Positions 6,347-13,763 of a DNA stretch of 24,000 bases are shown here, one piece after another. Position numbers and translations under genes: made by a program. Source of the stretch: an uncultured Clostridia bacterium (lineage in GTDB: Bacteria; Bacillota; Clostridia; UBA1381); assembly GCA_944390495.1 (NCBI GenBank), contig CALXQE010000096.1, forward strand, positions 1 through 24,000, read 5' to 3'. Every line of letters begins with the position of its first letter. Position 1 is the first letter of the stretch. The notes beneath the pieces were generated by a model. It did no database searches. It saw only the letters and a list, made by a program, of their open reading frames with translations, and was not told the DNA's origin.

Positions 6347-8245
6347 ATGGATTACGAAAACATTGCAAAAAAAATATTGCACCGTGTCGGTGGCAAAGAT
6401 AATGTTGTAAGTGTTATTCACTGCATGACAAGACTGCGTTTTACATTAAAAGATCAGTCGATTGTAGATGATGAGGCGATAAAAAAGACAAAAGGTGTAA
6501 TGGGTGTTGTTAAAAAGGCAGGTCAATATCAAATCATAATTGGTAATGATGTAGCAAATGTTTACACTGAAATATGCAAACTTGGTAATTTTTCCGACAC
6601 TCCAAATAATAAAAAAGATGTGCCAAAAGAGAAAAAAAATATTCTAAGTATGCTTATGGATACCATTTCAGGTATAATGACACCTGTTATTCCGGCTATC
6701 ATAGGTGCTGCAATGATAAAAATATTGCTCACACTTTTGCCTATGCTCGGACTTATTGATACTGCCGGTGAAACATACAGTATCCTTAATGTTATAGGTG
6801 ATGGAGCGTTCTTCTTCTTGCCGGTGCTTATTGCGATTTCGGCTGCTAAAAAATTTGGTACAAATGTTTATTATGCGGTCAGTTTGGCACTTATTATGCT
6901 CCATCCAAATTTCATAGAAATGATGAATACGGTAAAGGAAACAGGAGAAGCAGTTCATTTTCTGAAATTCATACCAGTATCATATGCATCATATGCATAT
7001 TCGGTTATACCGATTATATTATCAGTTTGGGCGTTGAAATATGTTGAAAAACTTGTTGAAAAAATTACTCCGGTTGTAACGAAAAACTTCTTAAAACCAA
7101 TGCTTGTTATGCTTATTGCAGCACCGATTGCTTTAATAGTTTTAGGACCGCTTGGAGCAATATTCGGTGATGTTCTGTCAAAGGTGGTTTATTTTATACA
7201 CGATAAGCTTGGATTTATTGCTATCGGTATTATTGCAGGTATTTATCCGTTTGTGGTTATGGCAGGAATGCACCATGCATTTACACCTATTAAACTTGGA
7301 ATGTTAGCAACTACCGGATTTGAAAACTTTATATGTATAGGTGAGCTTTGCTCCAATATGGCACAAGGTGCTGCATCTGCAGCTGTTGCATTTAAGACAA
7401 AGAACAAGGATTTCAGACAGGTCGCAGGATCATCAGCATTCTCAGCACTTGTAGCAGGTATTACAGAACCAGCACTTTACGGTGTTACTTTAAGATTAAA
7501 GAAACCAATGCTTGGTGCTTGTATAGGAGCTGTTATAGGAGGTTTATTCGGAGGATTTTTCCAGTTAAAATGCTTTGGAATTGCAACACCAGCGATGGTG
7601 AGTATAGTTCAATATGTTGAAAGCGGTCGTCCTGCAAGTCTTTTGATTGCGGCACTTACAATACTAATAACTGCCGTTGCTGCTTTTATAGCAACTATGA
7701 TTATAGGTTTTGAAGACGTGGTTGATGAAGATGATGAATTGGACGTTGATGAAATAGCTTCAGCAGAAGAAAACAATTCAAAGTATGAAGGAGAAAGAAT
7801 GATAGTTGCTTCTCCTATTAAAGGAAAAACAATTTCACTTCTATCAGTAAACGATCCGACATTTTCAAATGAAATACTTGGCAAAGGTGCAGCTGTTGTA
7901 CCTGAGTCGGATGAGGTTTACGCTCCGTTTGACGGGACTGTTACAAATATGTTTGAAACAGGTCATGCTGTAGGATTGGAAAGTAATGATGGCATAGAAC
8001 TTTTAATACATGTAGGTCTTGACACGATTAATTTGAATGGACAATATTTTAATCCAGCAGTAAAAACAGGCGATGTAGTAAAGAAGGGTGATATGCTTTT
8101 GAAATTTGACAGGAATGAAATAAAGAAAGCAGGCTATGATATTACTACTCCTATAATAGTTACAAATTCCGATAATTTTAATAATGTTGAGTTAATAGAA
8201 GAAAAGAACTGTGATAAATTAGAACCACTAATTACTGTTAAGTGA
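6347..8245 (+). CDS. PTS beta-glucoside-family transporter, fused EIIB-EIIC-EIIA
   Basis: The EIIB Cys motif is VIHCMTRLRF. A multi-TM EIIC core follows. The C-terminal EIIA-Glc-type domain carries the TGHAVGL and LIHVGLDT histidines. The AAGAGG RBS precedes ATG 6347; the track start at 6287 lies inside the terminator. Confidence 0.9.
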   Translation: MDYENIAKKILHRVGGKDNVVSVIHCMTRLRFTLKDQSIVDDEAIKKTKGVMGVVKKAGQYQIIIGNDVANVYTEICKLGNFSDTPNNKKDVPKEKKNILSMLMDTISGIMTPVIPAIIGAAMIKILLTLLPMLGLIDTAGETYSILNVIGDGAFFFLPVLIAISAAKKFGTNVYYAVSLALIMLHPNFIEMMNTVKETGEAVHFLKFIPVSYASYAYSVIPIILSVWALKYVEKLVEKITPVVTKNFLKPMLVMLIAAPIALIVLGPLGAIFGDVLSKVVYFIHDKLGFIAIGIIAGIYPFVVMAGMHHAFTPIKLGMLATTGFENFICIGELCSNMAQGAASAAVAFKTKNKDFRQVAGSSAFSALVAGITEPALYGVTLRLKKPMLGACIGAVIGGLFGGFFQLKCFGIATPAMVSIVQYVESGRPASLLIAALTILITAVAAFIATMIIGFEDVVDEDDELDVDEIASAEENNSKYEGERMIVASPIKGKTISLLSVNDPTFSNEILGKGAAVVPESDEVYAPFDGTVTNMFETGHAVGLESNDGIELLIHVGLDTINLNGQYFNPAVKTGDVVKKGDMLLKFDRNEIKKAGYDITTPIIVTNSDNFNNVELIEEKNCDKLEPLITVK

Positions 8246-8259
8246 GAGAGGTGTTTAAT

Positions 8260-9711
8260 ATGGATAATACAACTAAGCGAGAATTTCCATCAGATTTTTT
8301 ATGGGGCAGTGCGTCAGCCGCATATCAGATTGAGGGTGGATATCTTGAGGACGGAAAAGGTATGTCGAACTGGGATGCGTTTGTACGCATCCCAGGTAAG
8401 ACATTTAAGTCAACAACGGGTGATATTGCAGTAGATCATTATCATCGCTATAAAGAGGATATTGCACTTATGGCTCAAATGGGGCTTAAGACGTATCGTT
8501 TTTCTGTGGCGTGGGCAAGAATTTATCCAAACGGAAACGGTGAGCTTAATAAAAAAGGTGTTGAATTTTACAATAATCTTATAGATGAGTGTTTAAAATA
8601 TAATATAGAACCTATGGTTACAATTTTTCACTGGGATTTGCCTCAATCATTGGTTGATGAGTACGGTGGTTGGGAAAACCGTAATATAGTTGATGACTAT
8701 GTGAATTATGCAAAGACTTTGTTCAAAGAGTTTGGTAATAAAGTAAAATATTGGATTACTTTAAATGAACAAAATATTTTTACATCACTTGGATGGCTTA
8801 CAGCACAGCACCCACCAGGAAAATTTGATGATAAAAAGATGTTCTATCAAGTTAATCATCACGCATTCATGGCACATGCAAAGGCTGTTATTGCCTATCG
8901 AGAGATGGGTGGATGCGGAAAAATAGGAGCAAGTTTTGCTTATACTCCTTCGTATGCTCTTGATTGCCGTCCATCAAACGCTATGTCAAAATATAACTAT
9001 GATGATTTAAAAAATTTCTGGTGGCTTGATGTCTATGGATATGGACGTTATCCGAAAGCAGCGATGACTTATTTAAAGCGAAAAGGTATTGCTCCTGAAA
9101 TCAAACAGGGTGATGAGAATATATTAAAAAAAGCTGCCATGGAAATTGATTTTATGGGTGTGAATTATTATCAAAGCTGTGTTTGTGAATATAATCCTAT
9201 GGATGGTGTAACACCTTATGGAACGATGAATACGACTGGTGTAAAAGGTTCATCACAGGTGGTTGGTATCCCAGGTATTTATAAAAATCCTGCTAACCCG
9301 TATTTGATGACTACCGACTGGGATTGGAGTATAGATCCGGTAGGTCTTAAATATTGCTGTCGTGAAATCACAAGCAGATACAATTTGCCTATAATAATAT
9401 CTGAAAACGGTCTTGGTGCTTTTGATAAAAAAGAAACAGATAATAGTATACATGATGATTATCGTATAAAATATCTCGAAGAACATGTAAAATCTTTAGG
9501 TGAAGCAATAAGTGAAGGCTGTGAAGTGTTAGCGTATTGTACATGGTCTTTTACTGATCTTTTAAGCTGGCTAAATGGTTATCAAAAGCGTTATGGATTT
9601 ATATATGTAGATCGTGATGAAAATGACAGTGCACCGATGACTCGATATAAAAAAGACAGTTACTTTTGGTATAAAAAGGTAATTGAAACAAACGGTAAAT
9701 GTATTGAATAA
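8260..9711 (+). CDS. glycoside hydrolase family 1, 6-phospho-beta-glucosidase
   Basis: GH1 signatures are present: FLWGSASAAYQIEGG, acid/base TLNEQN and nucleophile ISENG. The RBS GAGAGAGG precedes ATG 8260. Confidence 0.9.
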   Translation: MDNTTKREFPSDFLWGSASAAYQIEGGYLEDGKGMSNWDAFVRIPGKTFKSTTGDIAVDHYHRYKEDIALMAQMGLKTYRFSVAWARIYPNGNGELNKKGVEFYNNLIDECLKYNIEPMVTIFHWDLPQSLVDEYGGWENRNIVDDYVNYAKTLFKEFGNKVKYWITLNEQNIFTSLGWLTAQHPPGKFDDKKMFYQVNHHAFMAHAKAVIAYREMGGCGKIGASFAYTPSYALDCRPSNAMSKYNYDDLKNFWWLDVYGYGRYPKAAMTYLKRKGIAPEIKQGDENILKKAAMEIDFMGVNYYQSCVCEYNPMDGVTPYGTMNTTGVKGSSQVVGIPGIYKNPANPYLMTTDWDWSIDPVGLKYCCREITSRYNLPIIISENGLGAFDKKETDNSIHDDYRIKYLEEHVKSLGEAISEGCEVLAYCTWSFTDLLSWLNGYQKRYGFIYVDRDENDSAPMTRYKKDSYFWYKKVIETNGKCIE

Positions 9712-9727
9712 AGAGGAGTTGTGTAAA

Positions 9728-10672
9728 ATGCGGTACTATATAGGAATTGATTTGGGCGGTACAAATATTGCCGCAGGTATTGTTGATTCAAACGGTAAAA
9801 TCATGATAAAAGACAGTAAACCCACATTAAAAGAGCGCCCGACAGAAGAAATAATAGAGGATATGGTAAAGCTTGTTGAAAATTTAATAAAACGATGTGG
9901 TATAGCCAAGTACGATATTTCAGGAATTGGCATAGGATGTCCCGGCGCAGTTGATAATCGAAAAGGAATCATAACGTACTGCGTCAATGTACCAATGAAA
10001 AATGTGAAAATAGCCGAATATATCACAAGTCGTACAGGTATTCCTGTGAATCTTGAGAATGACGCTAATGCTGCTGCTTTAGGTGAATATAATGTAAAAG
10101 GCAGGGGTGCAAATAGTTATATTTTCATTACCCTCGGTACAGGCATAGGAGGCGGAGCGATTATTGCTGGGAAAATATACAGAGGATTCAACGGTGTAGG
10201 TATTGAGGCAGGGCACATGACACTTGTTCATAACGGTGATCGATGTACTTGCGGAAAGCGTGGCTGCTGGGAATGCTACGGATCTGTAACAGCTTTAATC
10301 AATCAAACAATAGAAAAAATGAATGCAAATCCTTCTTCGCTTATGAATATTAAAGCCAAAAAAATTGGAAAAGTTGATGGCAGAGTAGCATTTGAAGCTG
10401 CAAAAGAAGATGATAAGTCAGCCAAAGAAGTTGTACAGCAATATCTTGAATACGTTACTGACGGTATAACAAGTATCATAAATATATTTGAGCCTGAATT
10501 ACTTGTTATAGGAGGTGGAATAAGTAAGGAAGGTGATTATTTGCTTGAGCCTATTATAGAGTATGTGCACAAATACGAATATAACAAATATTGTCCAAAG
10601 ACAAAAATAGAAATTGCTTCACTTATGAATGATGCCGGAATAATAGGTGCAGCAATGTCGTGCGTAAAATAA
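9728..10672 (+). CDS. ROK-family sugar kinase (glucokinase-like)
   Basis: The N-terminus MRYYIGIDLGGTNIAAG is an ATP-binding motif, and the ROK zinc motif is GHMTL...CTCGKRGCWECYGS. AGAGGAG lies 9 nt upstream of ATG 9728. Confidence 0.8.
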   Translation: MRYYIGIDLGGTNIAAGIVDSNGKIMIKDSKPTLKERPTEEIIEDMVKLVENLIKRCGIAKYDISGIGIGCPGAVDNRKGIITYCVNVPMKNVKIAEYITSRTGIPVNLENDANAAALGEYNVKGRGANSYIFITLGTGIGGGAIIAGKIYRGFNGVGIEAGHMTLVHNGDRCTCGKRGCWECYGSVTALINQTIEKMNANPSSLMNIKAKKIGKVDGRVAFEAAKEDDKSAKEVVQQYLEYVTDGITSIINIFEPELLVIGGGISKEGDYLLEPIIEYVHKYEYNKYCPKTKIEIASLMNDAGIIGAAMSCVK

Positions 10673-10720
10673 ATCATGTTTTTGATAAATTGAAGGAGTT
10701 TTTGCTGGTACAACTGCGTG

Positions 10721-10776
10721 GGTGCGGACATATTCTTGGATTTTTTATGTAGCTAATTCAAGACTATGTCCGCACC
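10721..10776 (+). terminator. long hairpin (12-bp perfect GC-rich stem), probable terminator of the beta-glucoside operon
   Basis: GGTGCGGACATA (10721-10732) pairs with TATGTCCGCACC (10765-10776), with an inner 5-bp TCTTG/CAAGA helix. The downstream T-tract is only modest. Confidence 0.4.
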
Positions 10777-10907
10777 GCCGTTTTAAAATGTTGAACTATG
10801 ATAGTCATTCAGTGTACAATTTTCAGGTTTATCTTTTAAACGTTGCGTAAGTGGCGTATCTTTTATGTGGTGAACAAACTACAAATTAAATAATTGTTAT
10901 GATTTGC

Positions 10908-11237
10908 TTATAATTTTAGGTATTGTTGTGCATCAGAACCATTGTTTCCAAGATTTTTAACATTTTTTATAGTTCCATTTTTAACATTATCATATAACCA
11001 TCGACCAAGTAATGCTGGTGGAGTATCGATCAAATCTCTCAAAAAGAACGTTTCTCCCTTTGCAAGATTATTAATTTTATTTACCATGTCGATGTATAAA
11101 TCGCCATAAGAATTTTTTCCGTTGAATGCTCTTGCTTTACATAATGCAGCAATGTTAGGATATCCTTCAGCTCTTGCTTGGCAATCCAACATTGCTTTTT
11201 CGGAGTCGCTAATAGTAAATTGTACTCTAAAACTCAT
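10908..11237 (-). CDS. small hypothetical protein: ribbon-helix-helix-like N-terminus plus DUF1413-like C-terminus (tentative)
   Basis: GGAGG lies 5 nt upstream of ATG 11237. The product starts MSFRVQFTISDSEKAMLDCQARAEGY.... The C-terminus GETFFLRDLIDTPPALLGRWLYDNVKNGTIKNVKNLG recalls DUF1413 from memory only. Confidence 0.6.
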   Translation of the reverse strand: MSFRVQFTISDSEKAMLDCQARAEGYPNIAALCKARAFNGKNSYGDLYIDMVNKINNLAKGETFFLRDLIDTPPALLGRWLYDNVKNGTIKNVKNLGNNGSDAQQYLKL

Positions 11238-11254
11238 AAAAACCTCCATGTTAT

Positions 11255-11315
11255 AGACTTATGAACAGAAGTATGTTCATAAGTCTGTAATAATATATAT
11301 TTTACGGTTTGTCAA
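11255..11315 (-). promoter_or_regulatory. sigma-A-type promoter abutting a 13-bp perfect palindromic operator
   Basis: On the minus strand it reads TTGACA (11315-11310), 17 nt, TATTAC (11292-11287). This is followed directly by AGACTTATGAACA-N6-TGTTCATAAGTCT (11255-11286), which covers the predicted transcript start. Confidence 0.45.
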
Positions 11316-11387
11316 TAGTTTTTAAGTTGCATAATGAAATTATAGTTTCAAGCTGAATTTTAAACCTGCAAAAGTCGGATAAATGTA

Positions 11388-11416
11388 TTGTGTTTAGCCG
11401 ATTACAATGATATAAT
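11388..11416 (+). promoter_or_regulatory. putative extended -10 promoter of the MATE gene
   Basis: TGATATAAT has its TATAAT at 11411-11416. A weak TTGTGT -35 lies 17 nt upstream. Confidence 0.3.
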
Positions 11417-11467
11417 ATCCAAATGGATAAATTTGTTAGATTAATTTTTAAATAAGGGTGGGAATAC

Positions 11468-12823
11468 ATGGAAAAAATCAAAGACAACAGTAAATATTTT
11501 GGTACAGAAAAAATCAGTCGTATTTTGCTTAAAATGGCACCGCCTGTAATGTTTGCACAGCTTATACAAGCACTTTACAATATAATAGACAGCGTATTTG
11601 TGGGAAAGTATTCAGAAAATGGACTTACGGCATTATCAATTGTTTATCCACTTCAACTATTGATGATAGCACTTGCAGTTGGTACAGGTGTGGGGATAAA
11701 CACAGTAATGGCTTCAAAATTAGGTATAGGACAAGATAAAAAAGCAGATGAGTGTGCAGGTGTAGGAACACCGCTTGCTATTGTACTATGGTTTTTGTTT
11801 GCGGCGGTATGTTTTTTTATTATGCCTTTTTATGCAAAAATGCAAACATCTTCTCCTGATGTTATATCTGATGTAATATTATACGGACGAATTATAAGTG
11901 TGTTTAGTTTTGGGATTTTTCTTGAAAGTATTTGGACGAAAATTCTTCAAGCACGAGGTGATATGAAAGTACCTATGGTTGCACAAATTGCAGGAGCAGT
12001 TACTAATATTATTCTTGATCCTATACTTATTTTCGGTATGTTTGGCATCCCTGAAATGGGTATTTCAGGTGCAGCAGTTGCAACTGTTTTAGGGCAAGTG
12101 GTTGCGGCACTGATTGTGATGAAAAAAGGATATTACAAATCACCGGCTATAAAAAAATATTTTCGCTATATCAAACAAATATTTCGTTTGGGTATACCGA
12201 ATATTCTTATGCAATCGGCATATACTCTATACATTTTCGGACTGAATGTAATTCTTGCTGCGTTTTCCGATGCGGCCGTAACAGTGCTTGGGCTTTATTA
12301 CAAGTGGCAGTCTATTTTCTTTATTCCTTTAGGTGCAATGCAGACATGTATTGTGCCGGTTATTAGTTTTAACCATGCGGCAAGGAATTTTGAACGGTGT
12401 AAAAAGACTCTTAATACAGCCATTATTTTTGGTATGGCTTTGATGTTTGTAGGAACTCTTTGTTTTGAGTTTATTCCGGAACCTATGCTGCGTTTTTTCT
12501 CCTCTGAAGAAGATGTTATTTTAATAGGAATAACTGCTTTTAGAATAATCGGATTAAGTTTTATTCCACTTGTGACATCCCTTACATATCCTGTATTTTT
12601 TCAATCGGTTGGAGGAAGTTTTAAAAGTTCGTTTCTAACAATTATTCGTACAGTTTTTCTTTTTGTGCCGTTAGCATATATATTTTCACGTTTTGGACTT
12701 GGGTATTTCTGGCTTACATACCCTGTGACGGACAGTATTGTATCAATTATTGGGTTTGTTATGACTTATAAATTTTTCAATAATACATATATGGCAAAAG
12801 AGAGAAGCAGAGTGAATTACTGA
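11468..12823 (+). CDS. MATE-family efflux transporter
   Basis: The 451-aa product has about 12 predicted TM segments. The N-terminus ...ILLKMAPPVMFAQLIQALYNIIDSVFVGK is the typical MatE motif, and there is internal two-fold repeat character. Confidence 0.88.
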   Translation: MEKIKDNSKYFGTEKISRILLKMAPPVMFAQLIQALYNIIDSVFVGKYSENGLTALSIVYPLQLLMIALAVGTGVGINTVMASKLGIGQDKKADECAGVGTPLAIVLWFLFAAVCFFIMPFYAKMQTSSPDVISDVILYGRIISVFSFGIFLESIWTKILQARGDMKVPMVAQIAGAVTNIILDPILIFGMFGIPEMGISGAAVATVLGQVVAALIVMKKGYYKSPAIKKYFRYIKQIFRLGIPNILMQSAYTLYIFGLNVILAAFSDAAVTVLGLYYKWQSIFFIPLGAMQTCIVPVISFNHAARNFERCKKTLNTAIIFGMALMFVGTLCFEFIPEPMLRFFSSEEDVILIGITAFRIIGLSFIPLVTSLTYPVFFQSVGGSFKSSFLTIIRTVFLFVPLAYIFSRFGLGYFWLTYPVTDSIVSIIGFVMTYKFFNNTYMAKERSRVNY

Positions 12824-12854
12824 TAATTATTCACTTCATAAGGTAGTAAGATAA

Positions 12855-13649
12855 TCACTCAATAGGCACAGCCAATCTTGTTACATAGTTCTCTGTATTA
12901 ATATCCCTGCCGGTATATGGTGCAACAATAGCAATCGCACGTACATAACCTGTGGGTTTAATGCCAAGTTCACGGATTTTTTCGCCTAATTCATCATATA
13001 CTCTTTTTGCATTGCGGTAGGGACCGTAATACAGACACGAAAATGCATTACAGCTTGGATAAACCACTGCATCCTCTGGAGCATGATCTGGCTCTAAAGG
13101 TACACAGCAAATAAAATCACACTCAATGTTTTTAAATTCGTTATCAATAAAATCCGTACGTTTGTTTATAACAAATAAAGAACCTGACGGAAGCGGTTTG
13201 TACTCCTTTTCAACAACTTCATGAAAAAGATTATACATATTTATGTATCGATTATCTGTAGTAGTGCTGGAATATTCTCTTTGATAACAGATATATTCCG
13301 GTAAGGTTACAAATTCAAAGGTTATTTTTTCTTTGTTTTCAGTGCGAAGTTTCATTTCTTCATAAGTGTGTTTTGCGAGAAGATACCTATCTTCAATTAT
13401 TTTTAAAAGCTCCTCAGATTTTCCGTTAGAGTTGTAGTATAATAACGCATCATCATAGCTCATTCCCATATTTAAAAAATTCTTGATTTGCAAAATTCTG
13501 CTTATATTATGGTTATCGTAATAGCGGTAACCTGTTTTTTTATCTACAAAAGTAGGGGTAAGAAGCCCTTTTTCTTCCAGACGTAGAATGGTTGCCCTTG
13601 AAATACCGCAGCTCTTAACAGCTTGACTTATTGTGAATAAATTTCTCAT
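12855..13649 (-). CDS. MerR-family transcriptional regulator with C-terminal GyrI-like effector-binding domain (BmrR-like architecture)
   Basis: The N-terminal MerR wHTH is FTISQAVKSCGISRATILRLEEKGLLTP...GYRYY. A coiled-coil linker follows, then a ~150-aa C-terminal domain typical of GyrI-like ligand sensors. Confidence 0.88.
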   Translation of the reverse strand: MRNLFTISQAVKSCGISRATILRLEEKGLLTPTFVDKKTGYRYYDNHNISRILQIKNFLNMGMSYDDALLYYNSNGKSEELLKIIEDRYLLAKHTYEEMKLRTENKEKITFEFVTLPEYICYQREYSSTTTDNRYINMYNLFHEVVEKEYKPLPSGSLFVINKRTDFIDNEFKNIECDFICCVPLEPDHAPEDAVVYPSCNAFSCLYYGPYRNAKRVYDELGEKIRELGIKPTGYVRAIAIVAPYTGRDINTENYVTRLAVPIE

Positions 13650-13666
13650 AAAAACACCTCAAAATA

Positions 13667-13697
13667 TTGACTTGTCCACTGGTGGACATGATATAAT
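13667..13697 (+). promoter_or_regulatory. MerR-type promoter with a 19-bp spacer and dyad operator, facing the giant surface-protein gene
   Basis: It reads TTGACT (13667-13672), 19 nt, TATAAT (13692-13697). The spacer contains TGTCCAC-TG-GTGGACA (13673-13688), a 7-bp inverted repeat. Confidence 0.6.
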
Positions 13698-13763
13698 TAT
13701 TATAATTTATAAAATATTAGAAGTCAATAGATAGTGTAAAGTAAAAATAAGGAGAAATGCGTA

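Noticed and set aside
6239-6421. Minus-strand 60-aa ORF across the licT-PTS intergenic region.
   Set aside because: It overlaps the RAT/terminator structure and the 5' end of the PTS gene. It has no RBS.
6668-10731. Minus-strand ORFs within the PTS, GH1 and ROK genes (6668-6958, 7609-7884, 9253-9486, 9736-10026, 10537-10731).
   Set aside because: They are antisense to well-supported CDSs and carry no independent signals.
11302-11487. Minus-strand 61-aa ORF in the intergenic region between the small DNA-binding gene and the MATE gene.
   Set aside because: It spans two promoter regions and the MATE start. It has no RBS, and this DNA is better explained as regulatory.
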